Below, piece by piece: positions 7,701 through 16,100 of a stretch of DNA of 48,067 nucleotides. Location: positions 1 to 48,067 of the forward strand of contig CAMWVR010000005.1 in NCBI GenBank assembly GCA_947177795.1. Direction: 5' to 3'. Position numbers and translations under genes: made by a program. The notes below the pieces were generated by a model that was not told the DNA's origin, searched no databases, and worked only from the letters and a program-made list of their open reading frames with translations. Numbering within the stretch: position 1 is the first letter of the stretch; each line of letters opens with the position of its first letter. This DNA comes from an uncultured Clostridia bacterium. GTDB taxonomy: Bacteria > Bacillota > Clostridia > Christensenellales > UBA3700.

Positions 7701-9353
7701 GAAGACGACGAAGACGTCAAGGACTTTGAATCGGTGCTTGATTTATGCTCCACGGTGTTGCCGCAGTTGAGACTCAAATGGCATTACCGCAGCAGATACG
7801 AGAGCCTTATAGAGTTTTCCAACAAGAATTTCTACGAAGCGGACTTAGTTACGTTCCCCTCGTCAAAGATAGACAGAGAGGGCATAGGCGTGGACTTCAA
7901 ATTCGTCGAGGGCGGTACGTTCGATCACAAGACTCGCACCAACAGAGCCGAGGCGGAGTATATCGTCGACCTTATCTTTGAGAATATCGAGAAATATCCC
8001 GACAGAAGTCTCGGCGTCGTAGTGTTCAGCATATCCCAGCAGGATTTGATAGAGAGGCTTTTGACAAAGAGAAGATTGCAAGACGCTTCGCACGAAGAGT
8101 TTTTTGCAGGCGACAAGGCCGAGCCCTTCTTCGTCAAGAATTTGGAAACGGTGCAGGGCGACGAAAGAGACACGATTATTTTCAGCGTTGCGTACGCAAA
8201 AGACAAAGACGGCAAGATGTCGCAAAACTTCGGACCTATCAACAAGAGCGGCGGAGAGCGCCGTCTCAACGTAGCTTTTACGAGAGCAAAACTCAACGTC
8301 CAACTCGTGGCGTCAATTCATGGTTATGACGTCAATCTAAAGAATGCGGCGTCGACGGGAGCGAGAATGCTCAGAGACTATCTTGATTTTGCGCAAAACG
8401 GACGGCTTGATTTTGCCGATACGGCGGCTGCCCAAGAGCAGTTTGAGGACGCTTTTGATTTTGAGATGCAAGTTGCGGAGTTTTTGCGCAACAAAGGATA
8501 CGAAGTCGACGTCAAGATAGGAGCGTCGGCAGGCAGCGTGGATATGGGAGTCAAGATGCCCGGCGGAGAGGACTATATCTTGGCGGTGGAGTGCGACGGC
8601 AGGTCGTATAAGACGGCGAAGAATACGAGAGACAGAGACAGACTGCGCTCAAGCGTACTTCAGCGTATGGGTTGGCATTATCACAGAGTGTGGGCTGTCG
8701 ATTGGATACAAAATCCCAAGGACGAAAAAGACAGGCTTCTCAAGGCGCTCGATGAGGCTCAAAAACAGCCTGCCTTCAACGACTCGCAAAGCGTAGAAAA
8801 TTTTGACGAATTCGAAGAGCAGCGCATTAGCGTAGATTTCAAGTTTGACGAATATGAGACTGCAAATATAGAGTACGCAAAAAAAGCGGGCAAAGGCGAT
8901 TATCTCAAATATCTGAGGTTGGTGCTGGAAAAAGAAGCGCCGCTGTCCGAAGAATTTTTCCTGAAGAGGACGATAAGAGATTTTGACAGAGAGAAACTCA
9001 CCGATGCGGTATGGGAAAAGTTTAACAGGCTTACTTCAAGATGTCAAAGCGAGGGCATCTTCCGCAAAGACGGATTTATGTATCTCAAAAACAAGCCTAT
9101 AAGTCTTCGCGTACCTAACGACGGATTTGCTCGCGAGATAAAGTATATTGCGCCCGAAGAAATCGCAAGGGGTATGTATAAAGTTATTTGCAAGAATATC
9201 ACTGTCGACAGAATGGGACTTTACCGTATGCTTGCCAAGTTGTTGGGCTTTTCCAAATTGGGCGACGCAATGGTCAGAAGATTCGACGAGGCGTTGGCGC
9301 TTCTCAAAAACGATATAGACATTGAGGGCGAGGAGCTGTCGATAAAAGGTTGA
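4797..9353 (+). CDS. DUF4011-SF1B (Upf1-like) helicase-Vsr/PD-(D/E)xK-like nuclease-DUF3320-type protein; Hhe-like anti-phage architecture
   Basis: LLDTGKRNNLINF and EETGVN (DUF4011); QGPPGTGKSQT; VFDEASQ; GDSKQMPP; HYRS; VQGDERD; RRLNVAFTRAK; AVECDG..RDRDRLR..LQRMGW; start ATG 4797 after AAGGA. Confidence 0.88.
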   Translation: MKEKLAKLTELLLDTGKRNNLINFRDNKSNTLEVVYPDFDTLFHKADGNVVFEVFDPQIDVDDFDDRISEAKLKEKLKDKFKYIDNYTKKIKKANQILVYNKDVTPIKALRGIEKRARIAIEETGVNIAHMAFGFVTWHEDNDPNALYDAPILLVPISLSKASSVDPYRIKVNGDDMILNPTFAYKLQSDYKIELPEYDDEGIDGYLQKIEELVSKLQWQVCKVCKIGLFSFLKINMYMDLKDNADAVLQNSNVRSLLGDGRASAFGQKLKEAQFNVVDADSSQLKAVEMAKAGESFVLQGPPGTGKSQTITNIIAECMGDGKKVLFVSEKLAALDVVYNKLKQAGLEDFCLQLHSHKANKRDFIQELCRVMRLNKSGVSSKAVEEEDRLNKSHIILDNYVDVLHRPNDVIGKSLYELVEEVCACQSSTRLDFFVDGIESKGDDYIKTAADLLDNYADYTSSVGYDYKSNPWYGYINEDGSYQQKFKTKSSLENLVKKLKNSTILAQKLSKDYGVNGAINLEQLGLYSKLFALLASSQYVSGELFDKRTFRATAERVVKLRPIADQIKNLEDAVKANYGQDIFKLDAAHADSVLQKNSGAFSRLFSKEYKGLSSEIKRCAKNGKVSYKDALALTKLLLEYNAKVAEFAKLEEGVKQKLSSHYDGVNSDWDRLDKELAALKELISKIEDFGNLADICADEYAYDREEMSALAKDIGALIASVESEEAVEYFDKDIFDIFTAPYEDADKKLNGCLSNFDALDSWIRFIGLLKAMEKNCLTAFIDVAVKEEILPQDLSEVFKKVFYSQWIDLIIQREEFLKVLPRVAHDKTVNIFCEKDVRGFEISKAKIRAALSALRPDLSLVAPGSAVANLLNEGGKKRRQKPIRTLMSQIRELAQNLKPCFLMSPLSVSTFLTPDVKFDLVVFDEASQIFPQDAIGAIYRAKQLIVVGDSKQMPPSNFFTSVVDVEDYEDDEDVKDFESVLDLCSTVLPQLRLKWHYRSRYESLIEFSNKNFYEADLVTFPSSKIDREGIGVDFKFVEGGTFDHKTRTNRAEAEYIVDLIFENIEKYPDRSLGVVVFSISQQDLIERLLTKRRLQDASHEEFFAGDKAEPFFVKNLETVQGDERDTIIFSVAYAKDKDGKMSQNFGPINKSGGERRLNVAFTRAKLNVQLVASIHGYDVNLKNAASTGARMLRDYLDFAQNGRLDFADTAAAQEQFEDAFDFEMQVAEFLRNKGYEVDVKIGASAGSVDMGVKMPGGEDYILAVECDGRSYKTAKNTRDRDRLRSSVLQRMGWHYHRVWAVDWIQNPKDEKDRLLKALDEAQKQPAFNDSQSVENFDEFEEQRISVDFKFDEYETANIEYAKKAGKGDYLKYLRLVLEKEAPLSEEFFLKRTIRDFDREKLTDAVWEKFNRLTSRCQSEGIFRKDGFMYLKNKPISLRVPNDGFAREIKYIAPEEIARGMYKVICKNITVDRMGLYRMLAKLLGFSKLGDAMVRRFDEALALLKNDIDIEGEELSIKG

Positions 9354-9381
9354 GCTTGGGAAATCCGGATAAATAATAATT

Positions 9382-9876
9382 ATGATAAAATTAAATAAAG
9401 TAATTACGACTCAAGATATAGAAAAGATGTCCTACCTTGCAACGTGTATAATGAGAAAGCATTACGATCCCATCGTAGGCAGCGAAACCAACAGCCATAT
9501 GCTTGGCAAGTATCAGTCGGTGCGTGGAATTACGCAAGAGATCGAGGGCGGAGCGGAATATTACTTCGTCGACCTCGACGGAGAGAGCGTAGGTTTTGTC
9601 GCCGTCGATCCCAAGATAGATTATTTGTATTTGAGCAAGTTTTATCTTGATATCGACCACAGAGGCAAAGGCTACGCAAGAGAGATGATGGCTTTTGTAA
9701 AGGATTACGCCAAGTTGCGCGGACTTGACAAAATCAAGCTCAACGTCAATGCCGACAATCTCAACACGGTTGCTGTGTATAAGCGTTTTGGATTTGAGAT
9801 AGTTGAAGAATATCAAAGAGACGTCGGTGACGGATTCAGTGTCCACGATTATGTTATGGAGTTTGGCGAGAAGTGA
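9382..9876 (+). CDS. GNAT-family N-acetyltransferase
   Basis: LSKFYLDIDHRGKGYA acetyl-CoA motif, LNVNADN..VYKRFGF. Confidence 0.92.
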   Translation: MIKLNKVITTQDIEKMSYLATCIMRKHYDPIVGSETNSHMLGKYQSVRGITQEIEGGAEYYFVDLDGESVGFVAVDPKIDYLYLSKFYLDIDHRGKGYAREMMAFVKDYAKLRGLDKIKLNVNADNLNTVAVYKRFGFEIVEEYQRDVGDGFSVHDYVMEFGEK

Positions 9877-9978
9877 GGCTAGTCAAATTTAAAATGCGTC
9901 TTTTCCGCCAAAAACTATCTTGACAAAAAATCCGCTATTTCATTCTTTGCCTATCTCCCATCTCGCCAAACGATGGGG

Positions 9979-10116
9979 TGTCATCTCGACCGTAGCGGAG
10001 AGATATAATCCAATTAATTTAAGACCCTTCGACTACGCTCAGGGTGACTCGTTTAAAGCGAGTGTAACACCTTGCATGCGTCATTCTGAGCGGAGTGTAG
10101 CGAAGTCGAAGAATCT
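9979..10116. repeat. Cluster of three REP-like palindromes (GTCAY... family)
   Basis: tgtcatctcgaccgtagcggagagat (9979-10004, +); gtcaccctgagcgtagtcgaagggtc (10023-10048, -); gtcattctgagcggagtgtagcgaagtcgaagaatct (10080-10116, +). Confidence 0.85.
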
Positions 10117-10150
10117 TCGTGGTATAAACTCCGCTAAGTTACGCCCGCAT

Positions 10151-10307
10151 TTGCATAATATCCATTTTTTACGAATAAATATTCAAAATCACGCCTCAAA
10201 ATGCATAAATTGTATAAATATACACCAAAATGAAAATTTATGCATAAAATATTAATATAAACCGTTAAATATGCAAAAAAATTAAAAATTTGTGAATAAA
10301 AATGCTT
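10151..10307. promoter_or_regulatory. Array of ArgR/AhrC-like ARG boxes
   Basis: TGMATAWWTATKCA-like palindromes: cgaataaatattca (10172-10185), tgtataaatataca (10211-10224), tgaaaatttatgca (10231-10244), tgaataaaaatgct (10293-10306). Confidence 0.7.
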
Positions 10308-10334
10308 GCATACTCTAAAAAACGGTGCTAGAAT
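10306..10334 (+). promoter_or_regulatory. Sigma-A promoter of the amino-acid ABC operon
   Basis: TTGCAT(10306-10311)-17 bp-TAGAAT(10329-10334) with TG extension. Confidence 0.65.
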
Positions 10335-10368
10335 GATTATACGATAAATTTATAAGAGGTAACGTATT

Positions 10369-11175
10369 ATGAAAAAGAAAGTTTTGATAGCTCTTTTGGT
10401 AATTGCAATCGTATGCGTAAGCTGTATGGCATTCGCAGGTTGCGACAACAGAGTTAAAGTAGGTTTTCAATCCGGCACGACTGGTCAGTTCTACACGGAA
10501 GATTTAAAAAATCTCAATCCTTCGCAATATCCCAACGCAACGTTGGCAGTCAAGGATATGATCGAGGGAAGAATAAGTTACGTCATCACTGACATAGCTC
10601 CTGCAAAGGCGATCGCAGCTCAATTTGCAGATCAAGTCAAAGTCATCGACATTGGTTTGACGGAAGAAGAGTACTGTTTTGCGATCAACCCCAACGACAC
10701 CAAGGGCATCGAGGAAAAACTCAACAAGTTTATGAACGACCACAAGGAAGAATTGCAAGTATTGCAAAACGCTTACGTACAGGGTACTAACGAGAAGAAA
10801 GTCATTTATTCTGCGACCAATCCCACCAATCCTTTGAAGGTAGCTACGAGCCCTGACTTTCCTCCGTTTGAGAACGTCAGCGGAGACGGTTTTGAGGGAT
10901 ACGACCTTGAGGTAATGGATATGTTCTGCAAAGAGTACGGTTTTGATCTTGTCATCAACAGCATGGACTTTGACTCTATCGTTCTCAACGTAGGCAATGG
11001 ACAGTCTGACGTCGGCGCAGCCGCATTGACTTGGAACGAAGATCGCGCAAAGAGCGTAAAGTTCTCCGCATCTTACTATGACGCAACGCAAGTGGTCATC
11101 TGCTTGAAAAGCGACACTACTTTTGACAATTGCAAGACTAAGGAAGACGTTGAGGCAATACTTGCCGCGCTTTAA
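10369..11175 (+). CDS. Polar amino acid ABC transporter substrate-binding lipoprotein (family 3; halves in permuted order), probably arginine
   Basis: Lipobox FAGC; VGFQSGTTG, EEYCFAI, VATSPDFPPFE, GYDLE, MDFDSI, FSASYY. Confidence 0.9.
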   Translation: MKKKVLIALLVIAIVCVSCMAFAGCDNRVKVGFQSGTTGQFYTEDLKNLNPSQYPNATLAVKDMIEGRISYVITDIAPAKAIAAQFADQVKVIDIGLTEEEYCFAINPNDTKGIEEKLNKFMNDHKEELQVLQNAYVQGTNEKKVIYSATNPTNPLKVATSPDFPPFENVSGDGFEGYDLEVMDMFCKEYGFDLVINSMDFDSIVLNVGNGQSDVGAAALTWNEDRAKSVKFSASYYDATQVVICLKSDTTFDNCKTKEDVEAILAAL

Positions 11176-11184
11176 GATAAATAA

Positions 11185-11892
11185 ATGGATTTAAGCAAAT
11201 CTTGGAACGCATTTTATAATCAAATGGTCACAAACAATGGCTATACGAGGGTGTTAGACGGTTTTAAAAACACCCTCATTATTGCCGTCTTGGGACTTAT
11301 CATAGGCATTGTACTCGGCACTATTCTTGCCGTCACAAAGGTGATTCCGCAAAAGAAAACGAGCGCAAAAGTATTTTCAAGACTGACGGACGTATACGTT
11401 GGACTATTCAGAGGTACGCCAATGGTAGTTCAACTTCTTGTCATGTATTACGTAATATTGCCGCTTATAGGGCTTGGCAGTATTCCGCCTGTGATAGTTG
11501 CGGTGATTGCGTTCGGTATGAACAGCGGAGCTTACGTCTGCGAGATAATGCGAAGCGGTATTCTATCCGTCGACAAAGGACAGATGGAAGCGGGCAGAGC
11601 TTTGGGAATGGGTTACGGCAGGACAATGGTCAAAATAATCATACCTCAAGCTGTCAAGAATATCCTGCCCACGCTCGGCAACGAATTCATATCTCTTGTC
11701 AAAGAGACTTCGGTCGCGTCGTTTATTACGGTAATAGACATGACAAAGGCGTTCCAAAATATCGGAGCGGCGAATTACGATTACTTCATGCCTTACATAG
11801 TGCTTGCGCTGTGCTATTTAGTCATCGTATACATCATTACGCTGGCAATAAAATTGATTGAGAGGAGGATGAGAGCAAGTGACAGAAGATAA
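11185..11892 (+). CDS. Polar amino acid ABC transporter permease
   Basis: [50 protein letters not shown]. Confidence 0.95.
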   Translation: MDLSKSWNAFYNQMVTNNGYTRVLDGFKNTLIIAVLGLIIGIVLGTILAVTKVIPQKKTSAKVFSRLTDVYVGLFRGTPMVVQLLVMYYVILPLIGLGSIPPVIVAVIAFGMNSGAYVCEIMRSGILSVDKGQMEAGRALGMGYGRTMVKIIIPQAVKNILPTLGNEFISLVKETSVASFITVIDMTKAFQNIGAANYDYFMPYIVLALCYLVIVYIITLAIKLIERRMRASDRR

Positions 11893-12922
11893 CAAAAATC
11901 TTGTCTACGTCTCCGACGACATCGTCAATACGGGCATAGGCGTAGTCATCGACGTTCAGAATATCTACAAATATTTCGGCGACCTTAAGGTGCTGAGCGG
12001 CATTTCCTGCGCAATCAAAAAAGGCGAAAAGGTGGCGATCATCGGTCCGTCGGGCAGCGGCAAAAGCACGTTGCTCAGATGTATGAACTTGCTTGAAGAG
12101 CCGACCTACGGCGAAGTATGGCTTGACGCAAGCATCATGACTCCCGTAGACTCTTATCTTCACAAGAGCATTCTCGTCAAGTCCAACACTTATAAAAAGA
12201 GCATTGTCGCAGAGATTAAGTCTAAGCTTGGCAAGGACGAAAAAGAAAAAATTAAATACGACGACGCAATCAAACTCGTCGACGAAGATACCCTTGAGAA
12301 TCTATCCGACAAAGTCTTGACTCAAATCAAGACGGGCGATCTGCTCAAAAAGCGTGAGGGCGGCGAATTTGCAAGAGCCGTCAAAGCCTATGACGTAAGA
12401 TACGGCGTCAATATCAACAAGGCAAGACAGCGCGTGGGTATGGTATTTCAGCATTTCAATCTTTTCAACAACTTGACGATATTGCAAAATATGATTTTAT
12501 CGCCCGTACAATTAAAACTCAAGAGCAAAGAAGAAGCCACCGACAAGGCTTTGAAGTTGCTTGAGAGAATAGGTCTGCTCGACAAAAAGGACGAATATCC
12601 GTCCAAGCTCTCCGGCGGACAAAAACAAAGAGTCGCCATTGCAAGAGCGCTGGTAATGGATCCCGAGGTAATGCTTTTTGACGAGCCTACTTCTGCGCTT
12701 GACCCCGAGATGGTGGGCGAAGTGCTTTCACTTATCAAAGACCTTGCCGACGAGGGTATGACTATGGTCATCGTCACTCACGAAATGGGCTTTGCAAAAG
12801 AAGTCGCCAACAGAGTGCTTTTCTTGGACGGCGGCAATATCGTAGAAGAGAATACCCCCGAAGAACTTTTCAACAATCCAAAGAACGAAAGATTAAAAGA
12901 CTTTTTGTCAAAGGTGCTTTAA
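11879..12922 (+). CDS. Polar amino acid ABC transporter ATP-binding subunit (GlnQ/ArtM family) with an internal insertion
   Basis: [45 protein letters not shown]. Confidence 0.95.
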   Translation: MTEDNKNLVYVSDDIVNTGIGVVIDVQNIYKYFGDLKVLSGISCAIKKGEKVAIIGPSGSGKSTLLRCMNLLEEPTYGEVWLDASIMTPVDSYLHKSILVKSNTYKKSIVAEIKSKLGKDEKEKIKYDDAIKLVDEDTLENLSDKVLTQIKTGDLLKKREGGEFARAVKAYDVRYGVNINKARQRVGMVFQHFNLFNNLTILQNMILSPVQLKLKSKEEATDKALKLLERIGLLDKKDEYPSKLSGGQKQRVAIARALVMDPEVMLFDEPTSALDPEMVGEVLSLIKDLADEGMTMVIVTHEMGFAKEVANRVLFLDGGNIVEENTPEELFNNPKNERLKDFLSKVL

Positions 12923-12964
12923 CCCCTCTTATTTTGTCATTGACGCTCGCACGAGATAATTCAA

Positions 12965-12993
12965 TGTCATTTCGACCGTAGCGGAGAATTCTC
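12965..12993 (+). repeat. REP-like palindrome (GTCAY family)
   Basis: tgtcatttcgaccgtagcggagaattctc. Confidence 0.8.
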
Positions 12994-13072
12994 GTTCGTT
13001 AAAAAATTATCAAACTATCACGGTTTTTTGTACATATTGGCATATTTTGCCATATTAATATAAGTTAATTTA

Positions 13073-13102
13073 TTGACAAGCATATATTATGAGTGCTAAA
13101 CT
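13073..13102 (+). promoter_or_regulatory. Sigma-A promoter of the giant surface protein
   Basis: TTGACA(13073-13078)-18 bp-TAAACT(13097-13102) with TG extension. Confidence 0.6.
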
Positions 13103-13173
13103 TATTTTGGAATATTAAAACTTTCTTAATTTTTTTATATATTAGTACACGTGAGTGTGTAGGAGGGAAAACT

Positions 13174-16100
13174 ATGAATTTGAGCAAAAAACGCAAACTT
13201 ACGGCAATTATCACGTTGTCGGTTATGCTTGTTGCGGTGGTTGCGACGGCATGCATTTTGACAGTTCCCAATCTTTATAAAGGGGAAGACGTCGTGTCTA
13301 CTAATACGGCAAATACGGCTTACGGAATGAACCAAGTAAGTTATACTACGTCAAATGCGTCTGCAGTATTTGCTGATCTCAACAGCGATGGCAATTCCGC
13401 TGATTTAAAAATACTTTTTCCTAATAATATTTATTTGGATAAAAGTGAAAACTTAAGAGACGTAGGCTATTATTTTGCCTATGACGCTTATGTTAAGTCT
13501 AAAAATGGTGAGAATGACAGATTGGCTATTATGGATAATGCCGTAGGATATTATGCAAACGGAAATAATTGCAATGTATCTACGACTTCAAATGCATATA
13601 CGATGCATAGATTATTCCCCAATTATCAAGTCTCGGCATTGACTGATACCAGTAAAACTGACGTACAGGCCAAAGATACGAATATAGAGGCGATTGCTCC
13701 GACCCTTAACACAAACAAATATAAAATATACATAGAAGAAGGTGAATATACTCAAAAAAATCACAGTATGAAAATTGAGTGGAGAGGAAATGGAGATCCC
13801 ACAAATGCAACCGTTAAGAACTATATGATCGGTCAGCCGGATCAAAGTTATGATTACATAAAGAATGAGGGAAGAACCGGAACTTTCGAAACGCAGACTG
13901 GCGTTACGTTAGCATTTAGTATATGGTATGGAACAGAATGGTTTACCAAAGCGTGGCGTAATATTAAAGAAGTTACTTCGTTTGGCGGCGGCTCAGGAGA
14001 ATTTCACCATTTAAGCGGTTTTTCTAACACTACGTACGTTAATAATATAAAAGTTAACGTAACAATCTACGATAAGTCGGCATTAAATACCGCGCTTACC
14101 AACTTCAATAACAAGGTCTTGACAGAGGCTAATAAGTCAATACTCAATAAAATCACAGGTAGCGATGCTGCTTACAATGCTGCAAAAACCTATTATGATA
14201 ATGCGAGAACCTGCCTTACTACAAGAGAGGTTAATCAAAAGACAATCAACGATTACACGAATGGACTCAATAATTACGTATTTGAACTTGATAATTTCAG
14301 TACGCAAACACTTCAAGATTATTATAATGGCAACGCTGTTGATATAAGCAAATATTGGACTAGATATGACAGTAGATTCTATGATCTTGACGTAAACGGC
14401 GCTACTTCCGGAACGGAAATCAAAAACGCCGACAATAATCAGCCAAAAACGTATAATCTCAAAGTGGCTCCGAAATCTTCGGTTACGCTCAATGCAGGAA
14501 CAAATCAAGAAGTTACGTTGAGATTCCGTTGGAAAGACCCGAAGAACAATGAGTATAAGAGCATTGGTTCATTTACCGTCAATCCGGCAGAATTCCAAGT
14601 TAGCGGGCTACAAAAAGTAGTTCAGCAATTTAAGAATGAGAATTACGCCATCACTCTTGCGTCGGCAAGTACGACGGGAGTGTTCAACGATTCCAATTTT
14701 ACGAATTTCTATTTGCCGAATGAAAATAAAAAGAGCATTTACCTAGTCGAAGACCAGGCGGGTAAGGAGTCTTCCGCAATAGATTGGACAGGCGCGTCTG
14801 ACACCGTGTCCGTAGACAAAAGTGTGGGCGAACATACGGTATATTACAAGATTACCGCGCCCAATCACAAAGACCATATATCGAATTTTGTCGTTGAGAT
14901 TACGAAGGCGACGATAACGCTACAATTTGACGTCTATAATCACACTTATGGCGATACGGTATTGGCTTCTTCGCAAATTATCGACAATATGTTGACAAAA
15001 ACCAAGATTTTCAATGCTACGACTTGGGATGAAGACGCAAAGAATTATCTCAACGATATCTTCAACTTTACAGTTGAGATACCGTCCGGATATATAGACA
15101 GCGACGGATTCGTCATAGTCAGAGACAGCAATTATACCGTCAACTATGCGATGAAAGACGGCAATCCCTACGCTGCCTATATCGAGACTGTCACCGTTGC
15201 CGACAATTCCAACCGTAATGCTTATCACGTCAATCCCAGACCTGTTACGATTAAGTGGAATCATAAGACCGAGAGTGAAATGTATTACAACGGCTCCGGC
15301 AATAAGAGACCGGAGGCTGTGATTGTAGGCACGGATAATTTCGTTGGTAATTCTTCGACGTCTCTATCTTTGGACATCGTAGGACAAGGACAGCATCCCG
15401 ATGGCACGACTGTACCGCTTGTGGGGCACGAGGCTATCTATGCGGGTAAGTACGAAGTAAAAGTTACCTGTACTAATCCCAACTATATGGTCGACTCAAA
15501 GTGCGAGACTACGCAAAAGTTTGATATTTTGCAACGTCCTATCACGGTTGAATTGAAAGACCGCGAAAGAGAATATGCAAAAGAGACGACGGCTCCAAAC
15601 GTATGGAAGAATTATATCGAAAATCTTTTCCCTGCAAATCTCAACAATGCAGTTTATACGGTTTCTTCCGTTGCTAGCGGCAATGCGCTCATAGATGCTG
15701 CTCCAATCGTATTTGAGATTGGTCTTGATATTACAGATGCGGATTATACTTCGCAAGACGACGCAGAAAAATATTATAAAGTAAACGAAACAGGTTATGA
15801 CCTTACGTTGACCTGTATCAACAAGAACTATATTCTTACAGACGATAGCAAGGGCGCAAAATTCTACGTCACGCCTGCCCCGATTGACTTGGATTTGCAG
15901 ACTATTGCAAGCAAAGTTTATAACGGAGCAGAGCAATCGCTCGTAATGCCCAACAACAATACAATCGTTGCGCTTCGCGGATATGAGGCAACCCATAGAG
16001 ATAGCGTCAAGATTTTGTACAGTGACAATCAAGACGGCGATTACACCGAGACGCCTTTGACGATGAAGAATTTCGGCTCGACAGAAGTTTGGTACAAGGT

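Noticed and set aside
9920-10255. 111-aa ORF
   Set aside because: TTG start; it runs through REP palindromes and ARG boxes and has no recognisable motif.
12125-12410. Intein in the ABC ATPase
   Set aside because: No N-terminal Cys/Ser block or C-terminal His-Asn splice motif, and it is too short.
13093-13173. Longer N-termini given by the ORF track (also 2424, 4429, 4707, 23579, 28519, 32174, 40003)
   Set aside because: Downstream ATGs match family N-termini and mostly have an SD; several of the extensions overlap promoters or upstream genes.
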